NCBI GenBank assembly: GCA_002269645.1
Contig: NIVC01000608.1
Coordinates: 248,001 to 312,000, forward strand
Length of the DNA stretch: 64,000 bases
Reading direction: 5' to 3'
DNA from: Macrostomum lignano
Taxonomy: Eukaryota
Shown: positions 47,133-58,767 of the stretch, piece by piece
How the letters are laid out: the number at the start of each line of letters is the position of its first letter
How positions within the stretch are numbered: the first letter of the stretch is position 1
Translations under genes and position numbers: made by a program
Notes under the pieces: model-generated
The model's database searches: none
Told to the model about the DNA's origin: nothing
Seen by the model: the letters and a program-made list of their open reading frames with translations, nothing else

Positions 47133-48518
47133 TCCGCAATTCGCTACCACACCGAGCGCTTGGCCATTGCCAAGGAGTTCGGCGACCGAGGCGCCGAGCG
47201 CCGCGCCCACAGCAATCTGGGCAACGCGCACATCCTGCTAGGAGAGCTCGAGGCGGCCGCCGATCACTACAAGAGGTGCCTGAGCCTGGCCAAACAGCTG
47301 GAAGAGCCGGCGCTGGAGGCCCAGGCCTGCTATTCGCTTGGCAACACGTGCACCCTGATGCGGGAGTACCGCCTGGCCATAGACTATCACGCCAGGCACC
47401 TGCGCATTGCCGAACAGCTCGGCGACAGGGTTGGCGAGGCCAGGGCCTGCTGGTCAATCGGCAACGCCTACGCCGCTGTTGGCGAGCCCGCCACCGCCGC
47501 TGAATTTGCCGAGCGTCATCTGGCGCTGTCCGAGGAGCTCGGCGACGAGGCCGGAGCCGCCACGGCCAGATTGAATCTCGTTGATCTCCGCCGGTTGATC
47601 GCCTCGTCGTCAGCTGCCGCCGCTGCTCCAGCCTCGGTCAAGTCGCCGTCCAAGCAGCTGTCCGGCGAGTTCCCCACCGGCCGGCCGGCCTCAGCTGTCT
47701 GCGTCATTGTCAGCGGCCTCGACAACGGCGTCGAACCATCGGCAACGCCGGTTGTCGCCGCTGACGACGAGCTGTGCCTCCAGCGCACCGAGCTGGAGAT
47801 TGAGGGCCTGAATCTGGCCAGGGCCAGCTCCGAGTCCAGTGGCCTTGGCAACTACGACTCGTCGGGATCTGGCGGCGGCGCCGGCAACGGCGGCGGTTCC
47901 CAGCAGCACCCGCCGGAGCTGGAGGCCTTCTGGGACCTCGTCTCCTACCTGCAGAGCCGCCGGATGGACGAGCAGCGCTGCTTGGCGCCGCCGATGCTCA
48001 CGGCGCAGCAGGACGCCTTCCTAGACATGCTGGCTGGGGCGCAGGGCTCCCGCATGAACGATCAGCGGGCCTCGCTGCCGCCCGCGCTGTCGCATTTTCC
48101 CGGCTTGCGCGGCGACGGGCCGCCCGTGCCGCTCGGCGCCGCCGCAGCCGCTGCAGCAGCCGCCGCCGCTGCCGTAGCCGCCACCACAGTCGAAAAAGAG
48201 AATCTGCTGCCCGACGACGCCTTCTTTGACATGTTGATGCGCTGCCAGGCCACCCGGCTGGACGAGCAGCGAACGGCGCTGCCGCCACCGCCGCCTCCGC
48301 CGCCCCCAGTGGAGGCTCCAGTTGAGCCGGACTCAAATAACGGCGCCGGGTCCGCCGAGGCCGCTGAAGCTGGTGAAGGCGCCAGAGGCGGCGGCGGCGG
48401 TCGCCAGTCGGCACCCACAGTGCCTGAGGACGACGTATTCGGTCAGATCGCCCGGCACCGGCCCACTCAGAGCAGTCGGCTGTTCGGCAAGCTCAGTCTG
48501 AAGAAGAGGCGACGCTAG
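47133..48518 (+). CDS. GPSM2: GPSM exon 4 (TPRs, linker, GoLoco motifs)
   Basis: TTCAG|SAIRYHTERLAIAKEFGDRGAERRAHSNLGNAHI...; GoLoco motifs QSRRMDEQR, QGSRMNDQR and QATRLDEQR. Confidence 0.92.
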   Translation, partial: SAIRYHTERLAIAKEFGDRGAERRAHSNLGNAHILLGELEAAADHYKRCLSLAKQLEEPALEAQACYSLGNTCTLMREYRLAIDYHARHLRIAEQLGDRVGEARACWSIGNAYAAVGEPATAAEFAERHLALSEELGDEAGAATARLNLVDLRRLIASSSAAAAAPASVKSPSKQLSGEFPTGRPASAVCVIVSGLDNGVEPSATPVVAADDELCLQRTELEIEGLNLARASSESSGLGNYDSSGSGGGAGNGGGSQQHPPELEAFWDLVSYLQSRRMDEQRCLAPPMLTAQQDAFLDMLAGAQGSRMNDQRASLPPALSHFPGLRGDGPPVPLGAAAAAAAAAAAAVAATTVEKENLLPDDAFFDMLMRCQATRLDEQRTALPPPPPPPPPVEAPVEPDSNNGAGSAEAAEAGEGARGGGGGRQSAPTVPEDDVFGQIARHRPTQSSRLFGKLSLKKRRR

Positions 48519-49971
48519 AAAAGTCGATAGAATTTTTATGTCGTTTGTCGCGATTTGATTTTTTGTTGTTGTTTTTCTATTTTCATATTACTTCTATGGA
48601 TTTTATGAGGAGTCGCTGCAAGTTAAGCAGAGTCGGCTGTGGTTAGTACACCGGGAGCATGAGCAATTAGTGAATTAAGAGGATTTAAGCTGTTCACAGC
48701 CAGTTTAGTGTCAGTTTTGTCGGTCTTAATGAACGTTGATACAAAGCGGAGATTTTAGAATCGAATAGTTTTAATTTTTCTTCTGATGCAGTTTTAATTA
48801 TGTTGTTGCTTCAAGTCACAGTTAACAATTAGGCATCCTAGTTTCATTGAGAACTTGGTTTAGCATTGTATTTTATTCAGAGCTTATTAATTTTCATCCT
48901 CAAGATCTGAGCTGTCAAAATGGTTAGAAACTTAGCACCCTAATTGTTATTTCATAAACCATGTAGTCCACATTTTTTTCTTTTCTTTAATTTATTGATC
49001 ACTTGTTAAAAATTGCTATCCCGCCTTTCTTTCAGATGCAAATTAATAATCATAAATCAATTGAGTAGCAAAACCCGCAAAAATTACCGTGTCTAAATTA
49101 ACGTCGTTTTCTCCATAATGGAAGCAATTGATAATGAACTGCCTGCAAATACACTTAAGTGAAATCGAATCTCTCTAATCTACGTTTTAAGGAAATTGTT
49201 TTGAACTCGCGCGCGTGACTTAGTCCAGGTCAAAACACAAACAAAATACGAGCTATATATCTGTAGACCCCAGGCCAGCCATTCTGTACCACTGTGCACG
49301 AATTTCTACAGTTATAAACAAAAATGCTAATAATTCTACTGCTAGTAGTAAAATTCCTATTTTTATTCAATTTTTAATAAAGAAAGTATAAAATTAGCCA
49401 ATAGTCGTCAACTCGTCACAATGGCTTCACACAAACCACCACACATGAGACTAAAATTTCATATGAGCTACAAACTTTTTCATCAATTTTTATGTCCTTT
49501 TTATATTAGCCATATGATGTATGACGCAATTTTAATGGCGCACGGCGATGAAAATGAGCAACTCTGGTGATTGAAGCCTGAGCTGAATAACCTGAATTGT
49601 AGTACCATTACCAAAACGTAAAATGGCCAGTTCTAGGTTACTAGATTACTTAGACTAAGAGGTTTGTGTCTGAAATGCTCAAGTCAAGAAAGAATGCTTT
49701 CAGGAATTTCTGCGATATGTGAGTCGTGACTAATTTATTTGATTTGATAGTTTGTTGAACTGGCCGATATGTTGTGTAGTTAATAATATACAGAGTAGTT
49801 AAAATAAAACAAGAGCTGCGTCACTGCATCTAATCAAAAAATAAATTTTTACTGATTGGATGTGTCCACCGATAAAACAATGACAACGAATAATTATGAT
49901 CAAGGTAAATTTCAAATATAAATTTCAACAGTTTATGAAAAGAAAATGGAATTGCGGCAAAAATTATTCTA

Positions 49972-50044
49972 CGACCACGCCAGGACTCGAACCTGGAATC
50001 TTCTGATCCGTAGTCAGACGCGTTATCCATTGCGCCACGCGGCC
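49972..50044 (-). tRNA. tRNA-Arg(ACG)
   Basis: GGCCGCGTGGCGCAATGGATAACGCGTCTGACTACGGATCAGAAGATTCCAGGTTCGAGTCCTGGCGTGGTCG, 73 nt, full cloverleaf, downstream T5 terminator. Confidence 0.97.
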
Positions 50045-51081
50045 GCTATCACATATGGAACTCGGAGCGAGCTATATAGCTCACTTAAGGCTTTAAATCC
50101 TTCTTCAACACCCGAATTATGAATCTGATATATTAGGGCACCAGACACTAAAATTCATTATAGTATCTGTGAGATAGATCAAGGCAAGCAAAGGTGGATC
50201 GATTCACATCACACTTGTCCGGTAGTTACTTAAAGCTATAATTAATATATTGCATTGCAATTGATTGAGGTACCGGACCACTAGCAAAAAAAATAGAACA
50301 AAAACAAAAAAGCAAAAAAATATAAAAAAAATATAGCAACCATCCAACAGAAGAATAAGTTAAATCAAAACCAAAAAAAGAAAAAACAGCATTTAAAACA
50401 ATTGATAATAATTCGTTGATAAAAAAGATAAGAATCAGGATTTTTAAATGACATCGAGAGCCAGTGAGAGCGCGGGAATGTTACTGTTCATTAGCCTTTA
50501 TTAATATTAGCCATTTTGTTTACCGATATTTCATACTTGGATTTACTCGTAGCTTACACAGATTATTATCTGGAATTCTATGGTTTAGTTACGAATAAGC
50601 TATATCCGACACGCGCTGGTACCAATTATCGCGCAACAAGAAACTTTAAAGCAGCTTAGCTTGCAGAATTACTGATAATGTCTAAAATAACACTCGTATT
50701 ACAGGCGGACTGTTAGGCATGCTTTTTTGAAGAAGCCATCTCCTCCTTGAGAGCTGAAAGTTATCGATAGGTAACGATAGTAGGTCAATGCTAAAATCAA
50801 ATCTTGTTTGCAATATGTTATGCTGCTTTCGCTACATATCGGCAGTCGATCAACTTATTATTAGCGAACACAACTACGCTTGAGATTTGAGCAACTTCCT
50901 AACCTCGAATTTGTTTACTTGTAATCTTAATTTTATATAGCCAGATAACAAATAAATTGCTCACCAATGACTATATCGCGAGTAGCGTCCTCTATTTCGC
51001 GCCTAATCTCCGCGATTAGCTCACATTTAAATAACTGCAGTTGACCCTCAATACCTGGCCTGGGCGCCGCCACCTGCTGAT

Positions 51082-51279
51082 TCAAAGGCGGGCGCTTTGA
51101 ATTCGACTTTCGCTCTCATTCAACGGCGAACAGCCAACAGCAGCAGTTCTGGAAGCTGCAGCACTCTTCAGTGCGTTCTTCGCCCTAGGCAAGCTGTTAG
51201 TATCGAAACTACTTGTGCTACTCGGATTGTCTCTTCGCTGCAGCATCTCCTCAATTGCTTGAGCTCTGGCGGTCATTGG
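51082..51279 (-). CDS. Candidate downstream exon of the EVH1 gene, or an independent 64-aa micro-ORF
   Basis: Acceptor AAATTTTAG|CCA ATG in frame; GC-richer than its flanks; PMTARAQAIEEMLQRRDNP...SARL*. No homology recognised. Confidence 0.35.
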   Translation of the reverse strand, partial: PMTARAQAIEEMLQRRDNPSSTSSFDTNSLPRAKNALKSAAASRTAAVGCSPLNESESRIQSARL

Positions 51280-51333
51280 CTAAAATTTATTTTAATGGGT
51301 GCCGTAAATGAAGAATACAAAAATAATGCTCTC

Positions 51334-51406
51334 TACCCGTGACGGGACTCGAACCCGCAATCTTCTACTTAGGAGGCAGACGCCTTATCCATTAGGCCAC
51401 ACGGGC
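51334..51406 (-). tRNA. tRNA-Arg(CCT)
   Basis: GCCCGTGTGGCCTAATGGATAAGGCGTCTGCCTCCTAAGTAGAAGATTGCGGGTTCGAGTCCCGTCACGGGTA, 73 nt, T5 terminator at 51319-51323. Confidence 0.96.
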
Positions 51407-51617
51407 TTGAGTTTGCAAGTGACGATTGCTATTGAGTTATACTCAAACCAAATATGGGAGAAACACTACTAACAGCATTTGTTGGCCTCCGTTTCATTGA
51501 CAGTTCATGGTTCGCGATGTCATTCGGCAATCCGCTAATCTGCGGCTCGCTTAAACGATGCTGCGAGCCGAACGGAAATCTGAAATATTGATTTATTGTG
51601 AACTCAGAATAAACAGA

Positions 51618-52670
51618 CTGATTGCAAAGGTGTTAGCTTGATCCAACTGATTGCAAAGGTGTTAGCTTGATCCACCTGATTGCAAAGGTGCTAGTTTGAT
51701 CCAACTGATTGCAAAGGTGCTAGTTTGATCCAACTGATTGCAAAGGTGCTAGTTTGATCCAACTGATTGCAAAGGTGTTAGTTTGATCCAACTGATTGCA
51801 AAGGTGCTAGTTTGATCCAACTGATTGCAAAGGTGCTAGTTTGATCCAACTGATTGCAAAGGTGCTAGTTTGATCCAACTGATTGCAAAGGTGCTAGTTT
51901 GATCCAACTGATTGCAAATGTGTTAGCTTGATCCAACTGATTGCAAAGGTGCTAGTTTGATCCAACTGATTGCAAAGGTGTTAGTTTGATCCAACTGATT
52001 GCAAAGGTGCTAGTTTGATCCAACTGATTGCAAAGGTGCTAGTTTGATCCAACTGATTGCAAAGGTGCTAGTTTGATCCAACTGATTGCAAATGTGTTAG
52101 CTTGATCCAACTGATTGCAAAGGTGCTAGTTTGATCCAACTGATTGCAAAGGTGCTAGTTTGATCCAACTGATTGCAAAGGTGTTAGTTTGATCCAACTG
52201 ATTGCAAAGGTGCTAGTTTGATCCAACTGATTGCAAAGGTGCTAGTTTGATCCAACTGATTGCAAAGGTGCTAGTTTGATCCAACTGATTGCAAAGGTGC
52301 TAGTTTGATCCAACTGATTGCAAAGGTGCTAGTTTGATCCAACTGATTGCAAAGGTGTTAGCTTGATCCAACTGATTGCAAAGGTGCTAGTTTGATCCAA
52401 CTGATTGCAAAGGTGTTAGTTTGATCCAACTGATTGCAAAGGTGCTAGTTTGATCCAACTGATTGCAAAGGTGTTAGTTTGATCCAACTGATTGCAAAGG
52501 TGTTAGCTTGATCCAACTGATTGCAAAGGTGCTAGTTTGATCCAACTGATTGCAAAGGTGCTAGTTTGATCCAACTGATTGCAAAGGTGCTAGTTTGATC
52601 CAACTGATTGCAAAGGTGTTAGTTTGATCCAACTGATTGCAAAGGTGCTAGTTTGATCCAACTTATTGCA
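51618..52670. repeat. 29-bp minisatellite CTGATTGCAAAGGTGCTAGTTTGATCCAA
   Basis: About 36 units. Confidence 0.97.
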
Positions 52671-52852
52671 AGGTGTAAATTAGTTCGATTTTACTCATTT
52701 TGTTATTTTGTTTATGTGTTATTAATGAGGGTATTAATTGAAATTGAGTATTTGACATACTAATTGCAAGGCTGTGTGGGTCCCATAGATTGCAGGTGCA
52801 ATGCTAGCTCGACCCATTCAGTGCTAGATGCAGAAGCCCATGACTCACCTAG

Positions 52853-53281
52853 CTAAGGCACTTGTAGACGCAGCAATGTGGCATCAGCCCTGCCATCAGC
52901 CATGAACTGTCGGGTGGTTGTCTCGAACTTGTTCGCCTGTTCCGCACTGCCGAACCTAAGCCCGTGTTCGACGCCTTCGCCGCGCCAACAAAGTAGATCC
53001 GGCTCGGCCCGCCAGAAAATACCGTCAGGCAGCGACGGTCGAGTTTTCCGCTGATCCGCTCCATCTACTGGACAATCCAGCACCAGCTCGTTGCTCTGCA
53101 GCTTGCGGGCTTGGACTCGTAGCTGATGCTGATGATACTGCTGGTGCTGGCCAGCTAGTACCGCCTGCACGCGACAGACTGCGGCTGTTGGCAAGCCGCC
53201 AATCAACGGTAGCCAGCGCCGCTGGACCGCATCGAAACGCAGCGGAGTTGCTTGCGCAGTGACGGCTGGGGAAGATTTCAT
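52853..53281 (-). CDS. EVH1/WH1-domain protein (Ena-VASP/Spred-like domain)
   Basis: AQAT...FD...RRWLPL.GG...RVQARKLQSNELVLDC...LLCWR....HGLRFGS.EQANKF follows the EVH1 pattern; acceptor CTTACAG| at 53301 upstream of the ATG. Confidence 0.78.
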   Translation of the reverse strand: MKSSPAVTAQATPLRFDAVQRRWLPLIGGLPTAAVCRVQAVLAGQHQQYHQHQLRVQARKLQSNELVLDCPVDGADQRKTRPSLPDGIFWRAEPDLLCWRGEGVEHGLRFGSAEQANKFETTTRQFMADGRADATLLRLQVP

Positions 53282-53579
53282 TGCTGAGCTCTGCTGCTCC
53301 CTGTAAGAGTATTGCGTGGAACGGCTACATGTAGTCTTGTTACTGCCTATCGTTACAGCTAAGGCCCTGGACCCGGTAGGACTGAGGACTCCATAGACAC
53401 AAGGCCCTAGAACCAGAACCCTTATAGATGTAGTGTAGTGTAGACAAAGAACGTTACCTTAGGCTTAAAACCCTAGACACAGGACCTTATGCCTATCGAA
53501 CACAAGACCTTTAGACACAGGGCCATTGGGCGAGTAGGTCTCGCTTTCAAGAACTGGATCACCTGACACAGGAGCCTAG

Positions 53580-53992
53580 TCACAAGGCCGCCCTGGCGCA
53601 GGACCCTATAGACACAAGGCCGCCCTGGCGCAGGACCCTATAGACACAAGGCCGCCCTGGCGCAGGATCCTAAGACACAAGGCCGCCCTGGCGCAGGATC
53701 CTAAGACACAAGGCCGCCCTGGCGCAATAGACACAAGGCCGCCCTGGCGCAGGATCCTAAGAGTTAAGACACAAGGCCGCCCTGGCGCAGGACCCTATAG
53801 ACACAAGGCCGCCCTGGCGCAGGACCCTATAGACACAAGGCCGCCCTGGCGCAGGACCCTATAGACACAAGGCCGCCCTGGCGCAGGACCCTATAGACAC
53901 AAGGCCGCCCTGGCGCAGGACCCTATAGACGCAAGGCCGCCCTGGCGCAGGACCCTATAGACTCAAAAGGCCGCCCTGGCGCAGGACCCTAG
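53580..53992. repeat. 32-bp minisatellite GACACAAGGCCGCCCTGGCGCAGGACCCTATA
   Basis: Read directly. Confidence 0.94.
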
Positions 53993-54634
53993 ACAGAAAT
54001 GACAGACAGACCCTGACTCCACCGCAAGCGACAGATGCAGCTCGTACTACGCTTGACGCTCATGACGCTTGATCTTATAGGCTTGCCAATTTACTGCAGA
54101 GCAGGGGACTTCTGAGTAACTGTCGCAATTAAAGCGAGAATCGGCAGCCGTCCCTTTAACCTTTATGGATAGTTCAACTATTTCTTTCTACACCCGCAAC
54201 TACAGTTCAACAAATTATAGACCGAACTATAACTTATAGATGAAATTAATTTAACTGATACAAGTCTACATTTTCGTTAGTCAAGACACTTCGCTGCTCT
54301 GTGCATGCTCACACAAACGGACCTTGCAGCCAGACAACGCAAAACGAAAATAAAAGCATTTCTAATAAAAAAGAGAAAGCAAAAATGCATCCAAAACACG
54401 ACGACGTGTGCCGTACCTAGCTGCGCAAATGTTTACACAATTTAAAGGTAATGCTCAGGCAAATCAAATCATTGCTGGCGTAGGACACAATGATTTTTTA
54501 TTTGCGCAACTCTGGAATTGTGAGAATATTCCGTCCATTTTTTCGGTGTTCCTATTACTGAAATTATTCGCATGCAGCAGCCAGCAGTAAATGAAGACAA
54601 CTCGTGATCTAGGTCACTCTACGAGCGTATAGTG

Positions 54635-55042
54635 AATTGGGTCACTCGTGAACTGGGTCAGTCTGTCCTGAATTGGGTCACTCGTGAACTGCATGGGTCA
54701 GTCTGTCCTGAATTGGGTCACTCGTGAACTGCATGGGTCAGTCTGTCCTGAATTGGGTCACTCGTGAACTGCATGGGTCAGTCTGTTCTGAATTGGGTCA
54801 CTCGTGAACTGGGTCAGTCTGTCCTGAATTGGGTCACTCGTGAACTGCATGGGTCAGTCTGTCCTGAATTGGGTCACTCGTTAACTGCATGGGTCAGTCT
54901 GTCCTGAATTGGGTCACTCGTGAACTGCATGGGTCAGTCTGTCCTGAATTGGGTCACTCGTGAACTGCATGGGTCAGTCTGTCCTGAATTGGGTCACTCG
55001 TGAACTGCATGGGTCAGTCTGTCCTGAATTGGGTCACTCGTG
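54635..55042. repeat. 40-bp minisatellite CTGAATTGGGTCACTCGTGAACTGCATGGGTCAGTCTGTC
   Basis: Read directly; unrelated to the 8.9-18.6 kb 40-mer. Confidence 0.94.
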
Positions 55043-55825
55043 AGTTACTCTTGGGTTACTCGAAGTGGACTGGGTCAGTATTTCCTGAACTGGGTCGCTA
55101 TATAGTGAACTGGGTGGGTCACTCTGTCCTAGATTGAGTCACTCTTCGAACTTCAGACAGATCGAATATGTCACTTTGAATTTGCAACATGTAGCTCTCG
55201 TCAATGACAAAAAAGTGAAAGAAAGAAAATATTTTCGCAAATTATTGATAATTAACCAATCAATAAATAACTATAGAACCTCCGCTGGTCAGAATTGTTA
55301 AATAAAAGTATCTTAAAAGTTTTTTAATCGCTTATAGTATAAAAAGCCTGATAATGGAATTGAAGCAAATCCAAAAATTACATAAACATACATGCTTTTG
55401 TAGTTCTTGCAAGCCTTGATGGAATTATGAATCTGAACTTGTAATTTTTTTACGCCTCGCTTCTTATCATACACTATAATACCAACGTATTTTTTCTCGA
55501 TAAATATTAGTTATCTGCAGAAGTGCACGCGATATCTTTTAAATCAGCGCCTTTGCTACTTGTGTCAAGATACATTTAGTTTAACAAAATTTACTATGGA
55601 GTTAATATGTACTTGTACACCATAACATGTATTACAATAAACGAGAAATAGCTAGGTTAATATCTAAAAATTTACACAATTCGATTTTTTTAATCTTAAG
55701 ACATTAGCACGCGAAAACATGTACAGAAAGAACATATACAATTGGATCTAGTACTCTGTGCTGTAAATACAGTAATAAACTATTGTCTGAGCACAAATGT
55801 GAATTGTTTTGTTTTTTTTATTTAG

Positions 55826-55938
55826 GTTGTGTCGGCCGAGAACGAGAATAATCGACCGAGAACTACGAGCATGGTTTCTGCTTCTACATGTATTTTCCGA
55901 ATCTCGGCCGGTTCAGCATCTGAACCGCATATGTATAG
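55826..55938 (+). CDS. HINT3: Candidate first coding exon of HINT3 (junction phase unresolved)
   Basis: Strong acceptor TTTTTTTATTTAG|; MVSASTCIFRISAG resembles HINT3 STCVFCRIAG, but the donor phase does not match the next exon. Confidence 0.4.
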
Positions 55939-58462
55939 GTTTTCCTCACCATTCATTAGGGACTACATGTACATGTACAAATACTCTTTAGTCCCCCTGA
56001 TAATTTTTCATGCAGTACATTATCCAGTAAAAATATGGAACCGACTTTTCCTGGTTCTCTACATTTACTTTAACGTGTATTCCCATTACATAATAAATTA
56101 CATTTGCATTTCAGTCTCAGACTATACAGTTATAGGTGTACAGTCACACAGTGTGTATGCAGCTATGAAATCGATGTACATGTACATGTAATCGCGCTCT
56201 ATAGATCTCTCTCTAAGTAAGGTGGAGTATAGTATATGTCGGTCAGATTGTGTAGGAACCTTCAGAATCAGAAGCTGTATTTCCTTTTCATTGTTAAAGC
56301 TAAACTGTTTTTGCGATGCCAAAGAACAAAACTTACATGCCATAAATGTTTTACTCCAGCATTGTCTTCTGACACGTAACGCAAAATAAAAATCTAAACA
56401 AAACTTTTTTGTTTGGCTGGCAATGCAATAATTAGAATTAAAGTCTTATATGACACTATTTAGTTTCTTATATTTTTATCAACAAAATTTTGATATTAAG
56501 TTTGTTTTGTTACGAGATTAGTATTCCAGTACAAAAATTGATTTCAATTTTTATAAGAAACAATTTTTCATCTGTAACTAACTTACTGGTGGCCTGCCTG
56601 TGGGCGTGTTAGGTATTAATAGCGTAAATTAGATTTTTTTCGCATCTAATTATAAGTATTATAAACAGTGCTAAGCTAAAGTCAAAAGTATCTTTCTACC
56701 ATATCAACATCCAGAAATACAACTCGGGCTTACAGTGTATACTGCGATATGGGCTTAGGCTTATGCTAATAATAGTGAACATTTATCTGGGTTATTATAA
56801 AATACAGTAATAGTGAAGCTGTTCTGTTGAGTTGTGCATAGGTCTTAATAAAAGCACTAAAAGAGCCAATAAGCGCATCGAGACAAAATGGCATGTGTTT
56901 TCTGTGAATATGCTTCAGGAGAGTCCCCAAATAGTCTGTCAATTGTACTAAAGGTCGGTATGTATAAGTCATTGAATTGATATTTAAAATACAGATTTTT
57001 CTATATGTATTTTCTATTACATATATTTTTTGGTATTCGCCTATAGCATAGGGGCCTAGGCTATAATTTGTAGTCAATCAGTTAAACACTATTCTATTAT
57101 TTTTCCCAGCAATAGTTTAGAGGACTCTATATCCTGTATGTATCTTAGAAAAAAACATTTATTATATTTTTGTGAAAGCTGATGTCTAATATAAGTTAAA
57201 GATTTTACATACTTTCTATTGCATTGTCAATTTTGAAACTACTATTAGATTAACAAAAGTGACAAAAGTGATTTAGATATTAAATTCAAATAAGTAAAAA
57301 AGGCAAAGTACCCAATAAAAGGCTCTTTATTTTTCTACTTTATTTACATCTCAGATTCTTAGCCTTTTAAAATCAAGATTCAATTAAGATTTGAAAAAGA
57401 ATTTTAAAAAGTAAAAATCTAAAATTACAAATATCAATTGTTAAAATTAGATAAATATCTCATCTGACCTTTAAAAAAATTCCTTAAAATCTATGCCAAA
57501 ATTTCTTTATAAAAAACAAAATTAAATTAAAAGTTTTTAATTTTAGCATATTTTAATTAATTTTTAAAACAAATTTCAAGAAATAAACATTTTATCATTG
57601 AAATATTCAACTTTTATACTATACAAAATTTTATTTTTTATATAAAAATGTTAGATAATATTACATAGTTTACTCATCCTAAGATGTATGGGAAAATTTA
57701 TGCCAAAATTGTATATGCCAAAAAGATATAAAAAAATATTTTTGTGCTCCAAAATTTTTATCCCAAATATTGACATGAATTGTCAACTTTAAAGGAGATT
57801 TTTTTGTTTGTATGCCAGAAATTTCTAGTGTACAAATCATACATGCCTAACACCTATCCAAACTATCCAAACCAGACGGGTGAAATGGCGCTGGCCAGGG
57901 TAAGTCGCAAAATAAAAAATGTGAAAAATGAAAAATTTGAGGAAGAAAGAAAGGAGAGAAAGAGAAAGGAAAAGAAAGGAGGAAGAAGAGAGAGAGAAAG
58001 AGAAGAAAATAGTAAAAGGCAAGAAAAGTCATATACAAAGTGAAAATTAAGTCACAATCAAAAGGAACTAAGTCACAATTGAGAGAAACTAAGTTGCACT
58101 GGATGGGTGAAATTTTGAGGTTGGGCATGTATGGTACAAATGGTAATGTTTCAGAACTTGGATAATATAAATAATATTTATAATCAATGCAGTTACACTT
58201 TCTTGGAACTCATCATTTATTGAGTCATAACTCAAAAGCTTTAAAACAATTGAAGCATTAAATGTGGCTCTTCAAGCAGAATTTTAATTTGAGCAGTTTC
58301 AATGTGGTAGTAAAAATTTATATGGAGATGATAAATGTCCCAGCAAACAGCTCTTGTATTAAATATTTTAGCTATAGCCCTAGGAACTCTAGACCAATGT
58401 GCATATTATAAGGATAGTCATAGTCAGAAGTTTAATCCCATTAATCCTATTGCAATTTTTAG

Positions 58463-58647
58463 ACAGATGAGCTTGTGGTATTTCGTGACATTCGTCCAGC
58501 TAGCCAACATCACCTATTAGCCTGTCCAGCCCAACACATCCCTGATGCCAAGCATCTGACCAAATCTGATATTGCATTGGTGGAGTCACTTGTTGAGGCA
58601 GGACTTGGAGCGATTGAGAAACTGGGTGGCAACAGGCTAGAGACCAG
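58463..58647 (+). CDS. HINT3: Histidine triad nucleotide-binding protein 3, internal exon
   Basis: TTTTTAG|TDELVVFRDIRPASQHHLLACPAQHIPDAKHLTKSDIALVESLVEAG; phase-2 donor. Confidence 0.88.
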
Positions 58648-58767
58648 GTGTGCCAATTATATTATTTCAAATTTACTCAAGTCTTTCCTGCATTTAAGCA
58701 TTTAAGTTTGAGTAGCTAAAATACTTCCAAGCATTTGAATATAATAAGAAACATCCAATCACATCAA

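Noticed and set aside
49245-49262. GAGCTATATAT resembling the tRNA upstream element
   Set aside because: Not palindromic, and no Pol III gene could be identified about 30 bp away on either strand.
49505-49595. Possible C/D-box snoRNA (ATGATG ... CTGA)
   Set aside because: The C box is imperfect, there is no terminal stem, and no target complementarity was recognised.
57838-58133. 14-bp inverted repeat CATACATGCC(T/C)AAC as a MITE
   Set aside because: Only 13/14 match, no TSD and no second supporting block; could be chance in low-complexity DNA.
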